Source of the DNA: Rhodoblastus sp.
Lineage (GTDB): Bacteria > Pseudomonadota > Alphaproteobacteria > Rhizobiales > Beijerinckiaceae
Reading direction: 5' to 3'
Length of the DNA stretch: 64,000 bases
NCBI GenBank assembly: GCA_047605445.1
Contig: JASGFP010000002.1
Span: 25,483-89,482 of the forward strand
The position numbers and the translations under genes were made by a program. Below are positions 31,204-41,177 of the stretch, in pieces (position 1 is the stretch's first letter; every line of letters begins with the position of its first letter). The notes below the pieces were generated by a model, which saw nothing but the letters and a program-made list of their open reading frames with translations, did no database searches and was not told the origin of the DNA.

Positions 31204-32988
31204 TCACGCGCAGCTGGCGCCGCCGAAAACGCAGAATGTCGCGCAATGGGCGTGGCTCAAAGCGACGGGGCGGCGCGCGGCGGCCAGGGTCGCGCCCATC
31301 TCGAAGGCCCGGTCATAGGGCACAAGCGTGCAGGCGACGACGGCGGGCGCCTCCGCGCCCTTGCGCCTGATCGCCATACGCGCGCCCGCGCACATCAGGT
31401 CGCGCCGGGGTTTTCCCGCCTCCCGCAGCGCTTTCTCCGTCACGCGCACGGGCGCGGCCGCGGCGTCCATTTCCGGAAACAGCACGAGCGCCGCCGGATC
31501 GCGCGCGTCGAGCGGCAATCCGCGGTCCGCGAAGAGGCGCGCGTAGCCGGCCCGCACGATCGCCTCGGGCTCGCCGGAATAGAGACGACCGGCGACCGTG
31601 ACTGCAAATTTTTCGCGCGCGAGCCATGCAAGGCCGTCAAGCGTTGGCGCAAAGCTGTTCGAGCCGCGCTCGAGCTCGTGCAGTTCGCGGCTGTAGTGAT
31701 CGAGCGAGACGCGGAGCGCCAGTCGCGCGCCATGCTTCTCACGCAGCGCGAGCAGCGCCGCCGCGCTTCGTCGCATGGGCTTCATGGCGTTGGTGAGCAC
31801 GAGCGCGTCGTGGCCGCGCGCGAGAACATCTTCCAGCATCTGCGGAAGATCGCGATTGAGAAACGGCTCGCCGCCCGTAAATCCTACGGTCCGCGTCCCG
31901 AGTTTATCGCGCGCGATCTCGTCGAGAAATGTCGAGACGTCGTGCGCAGACATATAGGCGAGTTCGTCGTTGCGCGGCGTCGATTCCATGAAACAGGCGG
32001 CGCAGGCGAGATTGCAGATCGAGCCGGTGTTGATCCACAAGGTCTCGAGCGCGGAAAGCTCCACATGCGCCAGCGCGCCGCGGCTCACGTCGGCGTGCGG
32101 GATTTCGCCGGCGGCAGACGGCCAGTTGACCGCGCTCCCCGCAAAGACGAGCCGCGCCGGTTCGAGTCTGCGGCCTTGCGCGGCGGCTTCGGCCGGCGCG
32201 AGCGCATCGCAATTCGGCCAGAGCCCGTCGACCAGCGTGCGCGCATATTCGGCGGCCAGACCCGCGCGGGTCATGGCGGCGGCTGCCGCGGCATGATCGT
32301 AGGCCAGCGCGCGATGTTCGATGACGAGCGTTCCGGGCGTGTCGCCGGCCGAAACCAGACTGAACCAGACGCGCGGATCGCCTTCGTTGGCGGGCATGCC
32401 GAGCGCACCCGCATTGTGCCAGAGCCGGCTGCCGATGGACTGGGTGAACGGCAGCCCGCTATGGCCGGCGAAAATGGCGTCGACGCCCAGCAGATCGAGG
32501 TCGTGCGCCTTCACGCGTTCTGGAGTGGAGGCGTAGACGAAACGGTTCTGCTGCGTCGCCGCGCCATGTACGACTGCGATACGCAGACCGTTGAGCACGA
32601 TGTCGAGCCGCTCGGGCGCTGCGCCCAGAAACGCGCGGCGCGGCCCGTCGAGTTCGCGCATCGCATGGGCGAACCAGTCCATCGACAACCTGTCGCATTC
32701 GCCGCCGGGCGCAAAACCGCAGCCGCAATCGGCCGCATCGGCCGCGATCTGGTCTTCGCAATTGCCGCGAATGAATCGCATGCCTGTCTCGCGGAAGCGG
32801 TCGACCACGCGGCGGGCATCGGCGCAATAGGCGACGAGATCGCCGGTCGAGATCATGTTTTCTGGCGGAACGCCCAACTTTCCAGCCTCGGCCAGCAGGG
32901 CGTCCAACGCGTGCAGATTCGAGTAAGGGCCGCCGAAGACGATGACGGGACCGGCGAGAGCGAGCGGGCTTTGCGGGCGGACATTCAT
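31204..32988 (-). CDS. metallophosphoesterase (YfcE-like) - radical SAM fusion protein with Cys-rich C-terminal tail
   Basis: 594 aa from ATG 32988. MPE motifs: VFGGPYSNLHAL, STGDLVAY, IRGNCED, VVHG, AGHSG. Radical-SAM CxxxCxxC is CNLACAAC (nt 31993-32016) and the SAM-binding motif is GFTGGEPF. The tail reads HAHCATFCVFGGASCA. Confidence 0.8.
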   Translation of the reverse strand: MNVRPQSPLALAGPVIVFGGPYSNLHALDALLAEAGKLGVPPENMISTGDLVAYCADARRVVDRFRETGMRFIRGNCEDQIAADAADCGCGFAPGGECDRLSMDWFAHAMRELDGPRRAFLGAAPERLDIVLNGLRIAVVHGAATQQNRFVYASTPERVKAHDLDLLGVDAIFAGHSGLPFTQSIGSRLWHNAGALGMPANEGDPRVWFSLVSAGDTPGTLVIEHRALAYDHAAAAAAMTRAGLAAEYARTLVDGLWPNCDALAPAEAAAQGRRLEPARLVFAGSAVNWPSAAGEIPHADVSRGALAHVELSALETLWINTGSICNLACAACFMESTPRNDELAYMSAHDVSTFLDEIARDKLGTRTVGFTGGEPFLNRDLPQMLEDVLARGHDALVLTNAMKPMRRSAAALLALREKHGARLALRVSLDHYSRELHELERGSNSFAPTLDGLAWLAREKFAVTVAGRLYSGEPEAIVRAGYARLFADRGLPLDARDPAALVLFPEMDAAAAPVRVTEKALREAGKPRRDLMCAGARMAIRRKGAEAPAVVACTLVPYDRAFEMGATLAAARRPVALSHAHCATFCVFGGASCA

Positions 32989-33162
32989 CCCGCATTTTTC
33001 CGCGATACAGCGTCGCGCGCCAAGACCGGCGCGCGCCGATTCACGGCCATTTGATCGCCGTACCGCAACCCGATTCCGCGCCGTTGCGAAACGTGGCGAA
33101 AATGCGAAGATCGGTTCAGTTGCGTTCGTTGCGGCGATTCGACCTTCCGCCCGGGGACAGAC

Positions 33163-33561
33163 ATGCGTCTGGACGATACGAACGATGTGCGACAGGACGT
33201 GCTCGACTGGAGCGAGCCTGTCGTCGGCGATTGCCTGTTTGAGGCCTACGACGCCTGCTTCGGCGGCAAGGACGACTGGAGCCGGCCGATGTCGCGCCAG
33301 CATGCCCGCGTCTGGCGGCTCATCATCAGCGGCGAGAAGCGCAAGGCCGCGGAAGCGCGCCGCGATCTGCTGCGGCTTGCGCGCACCTGCAGGATGGGCG
33401 GCGAGGCGATCGACGCCATCGACCGGCTGGTGCTCGACGAATTGCTGGACGTGATGGCCGCGCGGTTCCGCGGCTCCTCGTGCGACACGCGAAGCTACGG
33501 GCGCCTGCTGATAGAAGCCTCGGCCACTCTGGTCGAGACGCGTATCGCCTCTGCCGCCTGA
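33163..33561 (+). CDS. hypothetical protein (132 aa)
   Basis: GC3-rich open frame, divergent from the rSAM fusion gene. No motif recognised. Confidence 0.5.
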   Translation: MRLDDTNDVRQDVLDWSEPVVGDCLFEAYDACFGGKDDWSRPMSRQHARVWRLIISGEKRKAAEARRDLLRLARTCRMGGEAIDAIDRLVLDELLDVMAARFRGSSCDTRSYGRLLIEASATLVETRIASAA

Positions 33562-33657
33562 GCAGGCGGCGATTGCTCTTGCCGGCCCAGTCTATAGTTT
33601 AGCTCCAAACCCTGGAGCGATTTGCAGGTCGGGCATGCGGTTTCGGATTTGGCGGGC

Positions 33658-35172
33658 ATGACGGCGCCGGTCGACGTTTTCGTCATCGGCGGCGGGATCA
33701 ACGGTTGCGGGATCGCGCGCGACGCCGTGGGACGCGGCTACAGCGTCATGCTCGCGGAAATGAACGACCTCGCTTCCGGCACGTCGTCCAAGGCGACCAA
33801 GCTGATCCACGGCGGGCTGCGCTATCTCGAGTATTACGAGTTCCGGCTGGTGCGCGAGGCGCTGAGCGAGCGCGAAATCGTCTGGCGCAACGCCCCGCAT
33901 ATCGTCCATCCGCTGCGGTTCGTGCTGCCCTATGCCAAGGGGCTGCGGCCGGCATGGATGCTGCGCACCGGCCTGTTCATCTACGATCATCTGGGCGGCC
34001 GGGAGGCCCTGCCCGCGACCGCAACCGTCGATCTCGCCGCCGGCGCGGCAGGGCAGCCGCTCAAGCCGCTTTTTTCCAAAGGATTCGAGTATTCGGACTG
34101 CTGGGTGGACGACGCCCGGCTCGTGGTTCTTAACGCGCGCGACGCCGCCGATCGCGGCGCGATCGTCCGCACACGTTGTGACGTCGTCAGCGCGACCGCT
34201 GAAAACGGGCTTTGGCGCGTGCGGATGCGCGATGCGCGCAGCGACGAAGAAAGCGAAGCGACCGCGCGGCTCGTCGTTAACGCCGCAGGCCCCTGGGTCG
34301 ACCGCGTGCTGCAGGGTCCGCTGGCGCACAGGGCGCCGCACAATGTGCGGCTCGTGCAAGGCAGCCACATCGTCGTGCCGCGCCTCTACGAGCACGACCG
34401 CTGCTACATTTTCCAGAACGCGGATGGGCGCATCGTCTTCGCCATTCCCTACGAGGACGATTTCACGCTGATCGGCACGACGGACCGCGACTACGCGGGC
34501 GATCCCGCGGAGGTCGCGATCACGAACGAGGAGATCGTCTATCTCTGCGCCGCGGCCAACGAATATTTCCGGCACGAGATCACGCCGGCCGATGTCGTAT
34601 GGGCCTATTCGGGCGTGCGTCCGCTCTACGACGATCACGCCAGCGCCGCCCAGGAAGCGACGCGCGACTATGTGCTGCAAGACGAAACGATCGACGGCGC
34701 GCCGCTCATAAGCATATTCGGCGGCAAGATCACGACCTACCGGCGGCTGGCGGAAGCCGTGCTCGACAAGATCGGCGCCCGGATCGGCGCGCGCGGCGCG
34801 CCCTGGACCGTAAACGCCCCCCTGCCCGGCGGCGAATTCGAAGGCGGCGATCTCGTCGCCTTCACGCGCGATCTCATGCAGCGCAAGCCGTTCCTGCCCG
34901 CGCCGCTCGCGCAGCGGCTCGCACGCTCCTATGGCACCCGCGCGCTCGATCTGCTGGGCGAAGCGCGCGCGCTCGACGATCTTGGCCGCGATTTCGGCGC
35001 GGGGCTGACGGCGGCCGAAATCGACTATCTCGCCGCGCGCGAATGGGCCGAGACCGCAGACGACATCTTGTGGCGGCGCACGAAGCTCGGCCTGCACGGC
35101 GCTGCCGACGGTGCGCAGCAGATCGAGGCCTATCTCGCCACACGAAGCGAACACGCCGCGAGGAACGCATGA
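33658..35172 (+). CDS. glpD: aerobic glycerol-3-phosphate dehydrogenase (FAD)
   Basis: Begins [22 protein letters not shown] (FAD fold) and contains [16 protein letters not shown]. The first in-frame ATG is 33658 (the ORF opens at TTG 33622). The stop overlaps the glpK start. Confidence 0.9.
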   Translation: MTAPVDVFVIGGGINGCGIARDAVGRGYSVMLAEMNDLASGTSSKATKLIHGGLRYLEYYEFRLVREALSEREIVWRNAPHIVHPLRFVLPYAKGLRPAWMLRTGLFIYDHLGGREALPATATVDLAAGAAGQPLKPLFSKGFEYSDCWVDDARLVVLNARDAADRGAIVRTRCDVVSATAENGLWRVRMRDARSDEESEATARLVVNAAGPWVDRVLQGPLAHRAPHNVRLVQGSHIVVPRLYEHDRCYIFQNADGRIVFAIPYEDDFTLIGTTDRDYAGDPAEVAITNEEIVYLCAAANEYFRHEITPADVVWAYSGVRPLYDDHASAAQEATRDYVLQDETIDGAPLISIFGGKITTYRRLAEAVLDKIGARIGARGAPWTVNAPLPGGEFEGGDLVAFTRDLMQRKPFLPAPLAQRLARSYGTRALDLLGEARALDDLGRDFGAGLTAAEIDYLAAREWAETADDILWRRTKLGLHGAADGAQQIEAYLATRSEHAARNA

Positions 35173-36653
35173 CCGGATATGTCGGCGCCATCGACCAGGG
35201 CACGACGAGCTCGCGTTTCATCGTGTTCGACCGCGCCGGCGACATTGTCGCGCTGGACCAGAAGGAACATACGCAAATCTATCCCCGGCCCGGCTGGGTG
35301 GAGCACGACGCCGCCGAAATATGGCGCAACACGCAGGACGTAATCGCCGGCGCGCTGGCGAAAGCAGGCCTCACGCCGCGCGACCTCGTTTCCGTCGGCA
35401 TTACCAACCAGCGCGAGACAAGCGTGTTGTGGGACCGCGCGACAGGCGCGCCGGTTCACAACGCGCTGGTGTGGATGGATACGCGCACCGATGCGCTCGT
35501 GACCGCCTTCGAGCGCGACGGCGGGAAAGATCGCCTGCGCGAAAAAACCGGACTGCCGCTCACCACCTATTTCTCGGGTCTCAAGCTGCGCTGGCTGCTC
35601 GACCACGTCGAAGGCGCGCGCGAGAAAGCCGCGCGCGGCGAATGGCTGTTCGGCAATGTCGACACGTGGCTGGCGTGGAACCTGAGCGGCGGCTTGCACG
35701 TCACCGACGTCACCAACGCCTCGCGCACGCAATTGATGAATCTCGCGACGCTGGACTGGGACGACGAGATTCTGGCGCTGTTCGACATTCCGCGCGCATG
35801 TCTGCCCGCGATCCATTCGTCGAGCGAAGTCTACGGCGCCTGCAAGGGCGCTCTCGCGGACGTTCGGCTCGCCGGCATTCTCGGGGACCAGCAGGCGGCG
35901 CTGTTCGGACAGGCGTGCCTTGCGCCGGGACAGGCGAAGAACACCTACGGCACCGGCTGTTTCATGCTGATGAACACCGGGGAGAAGCCGTTTCCCTCGA
36001 CCTGCGGATTGCTGACGACGCTTGGCTACAAGCTCGGCGACAAGCCCGCCGTCTACGCGCTGGAGGGCTCCATCGCCATCGCCGGCGCGCTGGTGCAATG
36101 GCTGCGCGACAATCTCGGCATCGTGCGGAGCGCGCCGGAAATCGAAGCGCTGGCGAAGAGCGTCGACGACAATGGCGATGTCTATTTCGTCCCTGCTTTC
36201 TCGGGGCTCTACGCGCCGCACTGGAAAGAATCCGCACGCGGGATCATCGCCGGCCTGACGCGCTACGCCAACAAGGGGCATATCGCGCGCGCCGCGCTGG
36301 AGGCGACCGCCTATCAGACGCGCGAGGTGCTGGACGCGATGGTGGCCGATTCCGGCGTGGCCATTTCCGAACTGCGCGTCGACGGCGGCATGGTCGTCAA
36401 CGAATTGCTGATGCAGTTTCAGGCCGACATGCTCGGCGCGCCGGTCGTGCGTCCCAAGGTGATCGAAACGACCGCGCTGGGCGCGGCTTATGCAGCGGGA
36501 CTTGCGACCGGTTACTGGGCCTCGACCGACGACATCGCCGCCAACTGGCGCGCGGACAAGACCTGGCGGCCGGCGATGGAGCCGCGTCGCCGGGATGCGC
36601 TCTATTCCAAATGGAGCAAGGCCGTCGCGCGGTCGATGGATTGGGTCGGCTAA
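35169..36653 (+). CDS. glpK: glycerol kinase
   Basis: Begins [21 protein letters not shown] and contains [13 protein letters not shown] and GCFMLMNTG. There is an ATGA overlap with glpD. Confidence 0.92.
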   Translation: MTGYVGAIDQGTTSSRFIVFDRAGDIVALDQKEHTQIYPRPGWVEHDAAEIWRNTQDVIAGALAKAGLTPRDLVSVGITNQRETSVLWDRATGAPVHNALVWMDTRTDALVTAFERDGGKDRLREKTGLPLTTYFSGLKLRWLLDHVEGAREKAARGEWLFGNVDTWLAWNLSGGLHVTDVTNASRTQLMNLATLDWDDEILALFDIPRACLPAIHSSSEVYGACKGALADVRLAGILGDQQAALFGQACLAPGQAKNTYGTGCFMLMNTGEKPFPSTCGLLTTLGYKLGDKPAVYALEGSIAIAGALVQWLRDNLGIVRSAPEIEALAKSVDDNGDVYFVPAFSGLYAPHWKESARGIIAGLTRYANKGHIARAALEATAYQTREVLDAMVADSGVAISELRVDGGMVVNELLMQFQADMLGAPVVRPKVIETTALGAAYAAGLATGYWASTDDIAANWRADKTWRPAMEPRRRDALYSKWSKAVARSMDWVG

Positions 36654-36654
36654 C

Positions 36655-37461
36655 ATGCGCATCGACCTGCTGCTCACGGCCTTGCTTTTCGCGGTGCTGC
36701 TGTTTGCGGCGGCAATAGGTTTTGCGGCGCAGCGGCGCGTGCATCCGCGCCACATATCGCGCGAGACATTCGACAGCATCCGGCTGCAGATGGGCATGCT
36801 CATCACGTTTACGGCGCTGGTGCTCGGCCTGCTGACCTCTTCGGCGAAGGAACGCTACGACGGCTTCAGCAAGCTGCTCAGCGACTATTCGGCCGATCTG
36901 ATCGAACTCGATCATCGCCTGCGCGTCTACGGCCCGGACGCCGATGCGATCCGCTCGAAACTGCGGGCCTATACTGCAGCCGCCATCGCCGACACCTGGC
37001 CCGGCGAACCGCGTCCCTCCGGGACCTATCCTGCGGTGACACATGCGCCAGGGGCGCAGGGGGTGGAATCTCCGACGCTCGGCGCGCTTCTCGCCGAAGT
37101 GGATCTCGGCGTGCAGCGTCTCGCGCCGCAGGACGAATTTCATCGCAGGATTGCCGACCGCCTGAGCAATCGCGCCGCCGACACGATCCAGACCCGGTGG
37201 CGGCTGGTGCTGTCGGCGCCCTCGACCCTGCCTTGGCCCTTCCTGCTCATCCTGACGGCGTGGCTCGCTACGATCTTCGGAATTTTCGCGCTGACCTCGC
37301 CGCGCGACGAATTGGTCTATGTCGTCATTGTCCTCTCGGCGCTGGCGATCGCCTCGCCGCTCTATCTCATCCTCGACTACAGCGGCGCGCTGACGGGCGC
37401 GCTCGACCTGCCGAGCGCCTCCATGCGCGCGGCTCTGGAACACATGGACCGCGCGCAATAA
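36655..37461 (+). CDS. membrane protein (DUF4239-like, from memory)
   Basis: 268 aa with one N-terminal TM helix and two C-terminal TM helices around a soluble helical core. ATG 36655 comes 2 nt after the glpK stop. Confidence 0.65.
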   Translation: MRIDLLLTALLFAVLLFAAAIGFAAQRRVHPRHISRETFDSIRLQMGMLITFTALVLGLLTSSAKERYDGFSKLLSDYSADLIELDHRLRVYGPDADAIRSKLRAYTAAAIADTWPGEPRPSGTYPAVTHAPGAQGVESPTLGALLAEVDLGVQRLAPQDEFHRRIADRLSNRAADTIQTRWRLVLSAPSTLPWPFLLILTAWLATIFGIFALTSPRDELVYVVIVLSALAIASPLYLILDYSGALTGALDLPSASMRAALEHMDRAQ

Positions 37462-37592
37462 CGCGCCCACCGCAGTTAACCACGCCAACTTTCCGGATCG
37501 ATCCTTGCGGGAACGCGGCAACGGCGCTCCGCGTCGTTGCATTATGCGCCGTTTCGGTTCGTGACCGGCGCGAAACGAGACAGGAGTTGTGT

Positions 37593-38249
37593 ATGCGTTC
37601 CATTTCGATGCTGAGTCTCGCGGCGGCTGCCGCTTGCGCCGCGCTCGTCGCGTCGTCGGCGGCCGAAGCGGGCCATCGCGGCGGCTTCCGCGGCCCGGCC
37701 ATGCATGGCGGCCCGGCCTTCCATCACCCGGGCATGGCCCATCGCGGGTTCGCTCGCCCGGCGTTCGCGCATCGCGGCTGGGGCGGCGGCTATCGCCACG
37801 CCCACTACGGCTGGCGCGGCCGTGGCGTCGGCTACGCCGCCGGCGCGGCGATTGCGGCGACCGCCGGCTATGCCGCGGCCAGCAGCTACGGCGGCGGCTA
37901 CGCCTATGGCGGCGACGTCGGCTATGCGGCGCCCGCTCCGGCCTATGGCTATGCCCAGCCGGGCTACGGCTACGCCCAGCCGGCCGGCTCCTGGTCGAAG
38001 ACCTACCTCGTTCCGCGCACCGTGATGCAGCCGGTCGTGCGCACGCATGTCGTGCCGGTCACGACCTACCGCACGGTGCAGAGCACGGCCTATGTGCCGA
38101 CCACGGTCTACAACCGCGTGACCAAGACCTGCTCCTGCACGATCAACGGCGTGACGCAGGAAGTGCCGTGCGAAGGCGGCTATGCCGGCGGCGGCTACGG
38201 CCACGGCGTCAGCTACAACCGCCCGGGCCTGTTCACCTCCGGCTGGTGA
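37593..38249 (+). CDS. secreted Gly/Tyr/His/Ala-rich low-complexity protein
   Basis: AGGAG lies 7 nt upstream of ATG 37593. Signal peptide MRSISMLSLAAAAACAALVASSAAEA. It is followed by an HRG/H-rich stretch, GY repeats (YGYAQPG x2) and a Thr/Val-rich C-terminal part with 3 Cys. Confidence 0.7.
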   Translation: MRSISMLSLAAAAACAALVASSAAEAGHRGGFRGPAMHGGPAFHHPGMAHRGFARPAFAHRGWGGGYRHAHYGWRGRGVGYAAGAAIAATAGYAAASSYGGGYAYGGDVGYAAPAPAYGYAQPGYGYAQPAGSWSKTYLVPRTVMQPVVRTHVVPVTTYRTVQSTAYVPTTVYNRVTKTCSCTINGVTQEVPCEGGYAGGGYGHGVSYNRPGLFTSGW

Positions 38250-38361
38250 TGACGCCGCCGGGAATGCCGGCCGGAGGCCGGCGGTCCCGGCGCGCCCTTG
38301 CGACCGGATGTGTCACCGACGAAACTACCGGGCGAAATCTCTCGCCCGGCGGTTCTGTTTC

Positions 38362-39066
38362 ATGATCGACCTGCATTATTGGCCGACGCCCAACGGCCAC
38401 AAGATCACGATGTTTCTGGAAGAAGCCGGCCTCGCCTATACGATACGGCCGGTCAACATCGTCGCGGGCGACCAGTTCAAGCCGGACTTTCTGAAGATCG
38501 CGCCCAACAACCGGATGCCGGCGATCGTCGACCACATGCCCGCCGACGGCGGCGCGCCCTTGTCGGTGTTCGAATCCGGCGCGATCCTCGTCTATCTCGC
38601 GGAGAAGACCGGGCGATTCCTGTCGAGCGATCTGCGCAAGCGCAACGCGACGCTGGAGTGGCTGTTCTGGCAGGTCGGCGGGCTAGGGCCGATGGCCGGG
38701 CAGAACCACCATTTCGCGCTCTACGCGCCCGAGAAGATTCCCTACGCCGTCAACCGCTACGTCAAGGAGACAAACCGGCTCTACGGCGTGCTCGACAAGC
38801 GGCTTGCCGATCACGAGTTCCTGGCCGGCGATTATTCCATCGCCGACATGGCTTCGTATCCGTGGATCGCGCCGCACAAGCGGCAGAGCCAGAGCCTCGA
38901 CGATTTCCCGAATCTCAAGCGCTGGTTCGAGGCGATCACGGCGCGGCCGGGCACACAGCGCGCTTACGAGGCGGGCAAGGCGCTGCAGATGCGCAGGCCC
39001 GAGGAACTGACGGCCGAAGAGAAAAGCATGTTGTTCACGCAGGATTCCTCGGTCGTCAGACGGTGA
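38362..39066 (+). CDS. yfcG: Nu-class glutathione S-transferase / GSH-dependent disulfide reductase (YfcG-like)
   Basis: MIDLHYWPTPNGHKITMFLEEAGL...NNRMPAIVDH...FESGAILVYLAEKTG...LFWQVGGLGPMAGQNHHF closely parallels E. coli YfcG as I remember it. Confidence 0.85.
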   Translation: MIDLHYWPTPNGHKITMFLEEAGLAYTIRPVNIVAGDQFKPDFLKIAPNNRMPAIVDHMPADGGAPLSVFESGAILVYLAEKTGRFLSSDLRKRNATLEWLFWQVGGLGPMAGQNHHFALYAPEKIPYAVNRYVKETNRLYGVLDKRLADHEFLAGDYSIADMASYPWIAPHKRQSQSLDDFPNLKRWFEAITARPGTQRAYEAGKALQMRRPEELTAEEKSMLFTQDSSVVRR

Positions 39067-39072
39067 CGCTGA

Positions 39073-40482
39073 TCAGCCCTGCGCGCCCGCCGGACGCCGG
39101 CGGCGCCAGCGGTTCTTCGCGCCCTCGGGCTTTGCGCCCTGCGGCTTCTGCCCCTGCGGTTTGGCGCCGTGCGGCCTCGCAGCCGCCGGTCCGTCGCTGC
39201 GGGCGGAAGCGGGGCGATGGGCGGCGCGCTGCTCGGCGTGCGGACGCTGGGCTTGCGCCTGCGGCTTGCCCTGAGCGCGACGCGGAGGCGGACCCCGGCG
39301 CTTGGCGGGGGCAGCTTCCTCCGCCGGATCGGGGCGCGCATTCGGGTCGCGCTTGTCTTCGGTCGGTATCTGCTGGCGCGTCGTCTTCTCAATTGCGCGC
39401 AGCAGCGGACGCTCGGCATTGTCGCAGAGCGAGATCGCCACCCCCTCCGCCCCGGCGCGCGCCGTGCGGCCGATACGATGGACGTAGGTCTCCGGCACTT
39501 CCGGCAGTTCGAAATTGACGACATGCGTCACGCCGTCGACGTCGATGCCGCGCGCGGCGATGTCGGTGGCGACCAGAACGCGCGTCTTGCCCGCCTTGAA
39601 ATCGCCGAGCGTGCGCTGGCGATGGCCCTGGCTCTTGTTGCCATGGATGGCGCCCGAGGCGATCCCGGTTTCATCCAGAATTTTCGCCACGCGGTCGGCC
39701 CCGCGCTTGGTGCGCGTGAAGACCAGCGCCCGCTTGACGTCGGCACCCTTCAGGATGCTCACCAGCAGATCGCGCTTGCTCTTGGCGTCGACCAGATAGG
39801 CGCGCTGCGCGATGCGCTCGGCGGTGGTCGCCACCGGCGTCACTTCCACGCGAGTCGGATTATGCAGCATTTCCGCCGCGAGTTTCGCGATCTCGTTCGG
39901 CATGGTCGCCGAGAACAGAAGCGTCTGGCGCGCCTTCGGCAGTTTGGCGACGATGCGGCGGATCGGGATGATGAAACCGAGATCGAGCATGTGGTCGGCT
40001 TCGTCGAGCACGAAGACCTCGACGCCGTCGAGGCGCAGGCGGCGGCTCTCCATATGGTCGATGAGACGGCCGGGCGTCGCGACCAGCACGTCCAGACCGC
40101 GCGAGATCGCCTGGATCTGCGGGCCCATCGACACGCCGCCGACGACGACGGCGACGTTCAACCGCGCATGGCGGCCATAGGCCCGGAACGAATCGCCGAT
40201 CTGCACAGCGAGTTCGCGTGTCGGGGCGAGAATCAGCGCGCGGACCCCGCCCGGCGCCGGGCGGCGCGGGTTGGCGATAAGGCGCTGGATGATCGGCACG
40301 GCGAAGGCGCAGGTCTTGCCGGTGCCGGTCTGGGCGATGCCGAGAAGGTCGCGGCCCTCGAGCAGCGGCGGAATGGCGCGGGCCTGGATGGGGGTGGGGG
40401 TGGAATAGCCCTCGTCGCGAAGTGCGCGAAGGATGGTCTCGGCGACGCCGAGGCCTGCAAAGTCGGTCATATTGGCTTTCAT
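39073..40482 (-). CDS. rhlE: DEAD-box ATP-dependent RNA helicase
   Basis: Q-motif GYSTPTPIQ, AQTGTGKT, DEAD (VLDEADHM), SAT and HRIGRTARAG, plus an Arg/Pro/Gly/Lys-rich basic tail. Confidence 0.92.
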   Translation of the reverse strand: MKANMTDFAGLGVAETILRALRDEGYSTPTPIQARAIPPLLEGRDLLGIAQTGTGKTCAFAVPIIQRLIANPRRPAPGGVRALILAPTRELAVQIGDSFRAYGRHARLNVAVVVGGVSMGPQIQAISRGLDVLVATPGRLIDHMESRRLRLDGVEVFVLDEADHMLDLGFIIPIRRIVAKLPKARQTLLFSATMPNEIAKLAAEMLHNPTRVEVTPVATTAERIAQRAYLVDAKSKRDLLVSILKGADVKRALVFTRTKRGADRVAKILDETGIASGAIHGNKSQGHRQRTLGDFKAGKTRVLVATDIAARGIDVDGVTHVVNFELPEVPETYVHRIGRTARAGAEGVAISLCDNAERPLLRAIEKTTRQQIPTEDKRDPNARPDPAEEAAPAKRRGPPPRRAQGKPQAQAQRPHAEQRAAHRPASARSDGPAAARPHGAKPQGQKPQGAKPEGAKNRWRRRRPAGAQG

Positions 40483-40865
40483 ATCGCGGACGACGCTTCA
40501 GCGCGGATGATCGCAGCGAAGTCCGATTGTGGCGCGCCCCCGCGTAAATGGGCCGCGAAAAGTCATCCGATGCGCTCGACGGTGCGCCGCCTCTCGAGGC
40601 GGCCTACGCGACCGGAGCGCTGTTGCTGCGATGCAGCGCAGGTGACATAGGCTATGCGCTGCTCCGCGTCAATGGATGCGCGGCCGCATCGCCCACGGAC
40701 TGCAGCGGACACAAAACGGGCGCCGCGCAGGATTGCATACAAAGTGTGCAAAAAGCCGCCATCTGAGGCGAAAGTACCTTGTTTTTGCCTTGCCAGACAC
40801 GCTGACCAGCGCGATCATACCGCAATGCAACATTGCAAAAGCGACTGCGAATACAGGGGATTGCT

Positions 40866-41087
40866 ATGAAAGCAGGCCAACGCGTTCGTGTCAGATCCGC
40901 CTCTCCGATCGCCAAGCGCGACGACCTGCCGCCGAACGCGGTCGGAACCGTGCTCTGCTGCTACCAGGTTCGCGCCCGCAGCGGGTCGCCCGACCGGGTC
41001 GACGTCAAATTCTCCGAGACATCCGTGATGTGGGGAGTTGCGGCGAACGAATTCGAGGAAGTCGAGGACGGTCGCCATTTCGCATGA
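40866..41087 (+). CDS. small hypothetical protein (73 aa)
   Basis: AGGGGA lies 7 nt upstream of ATG 40866 and the frame is GC3-rich (MKAGQRVRVRSASPIAKRDDLPPNAVGTVL...). No motif recognised. Confidence 0.5.
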   Translation: MKAGQRVRVRSASPIAKRDDLPPNAVGTVLCCYQVRARSGSPDRVDVKFSETSVMWGVAANEFEEVEDGRHFA

Positions 41088-41177
41088 GCGATCCGTCCAC
41101 AGGCCCGCAAATTCCGGTTTCGTCCTCACCGGGCATGTTCTAGACAAGCGGCGACCGAAACGAGCCGGACGCCGCCA

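Noticed and set aside
31204-33303. Full 699-aa version of the MPE-radical-SAM ORF.
   Set aside because: The first about 105 residues are low-complexity, overlap the divergent 33163-33561 gene region, and precede the conserved MPE N-terminus. ATG 32988 (MNVRPQSPLALAGPVIVFGG) was chosen instead.
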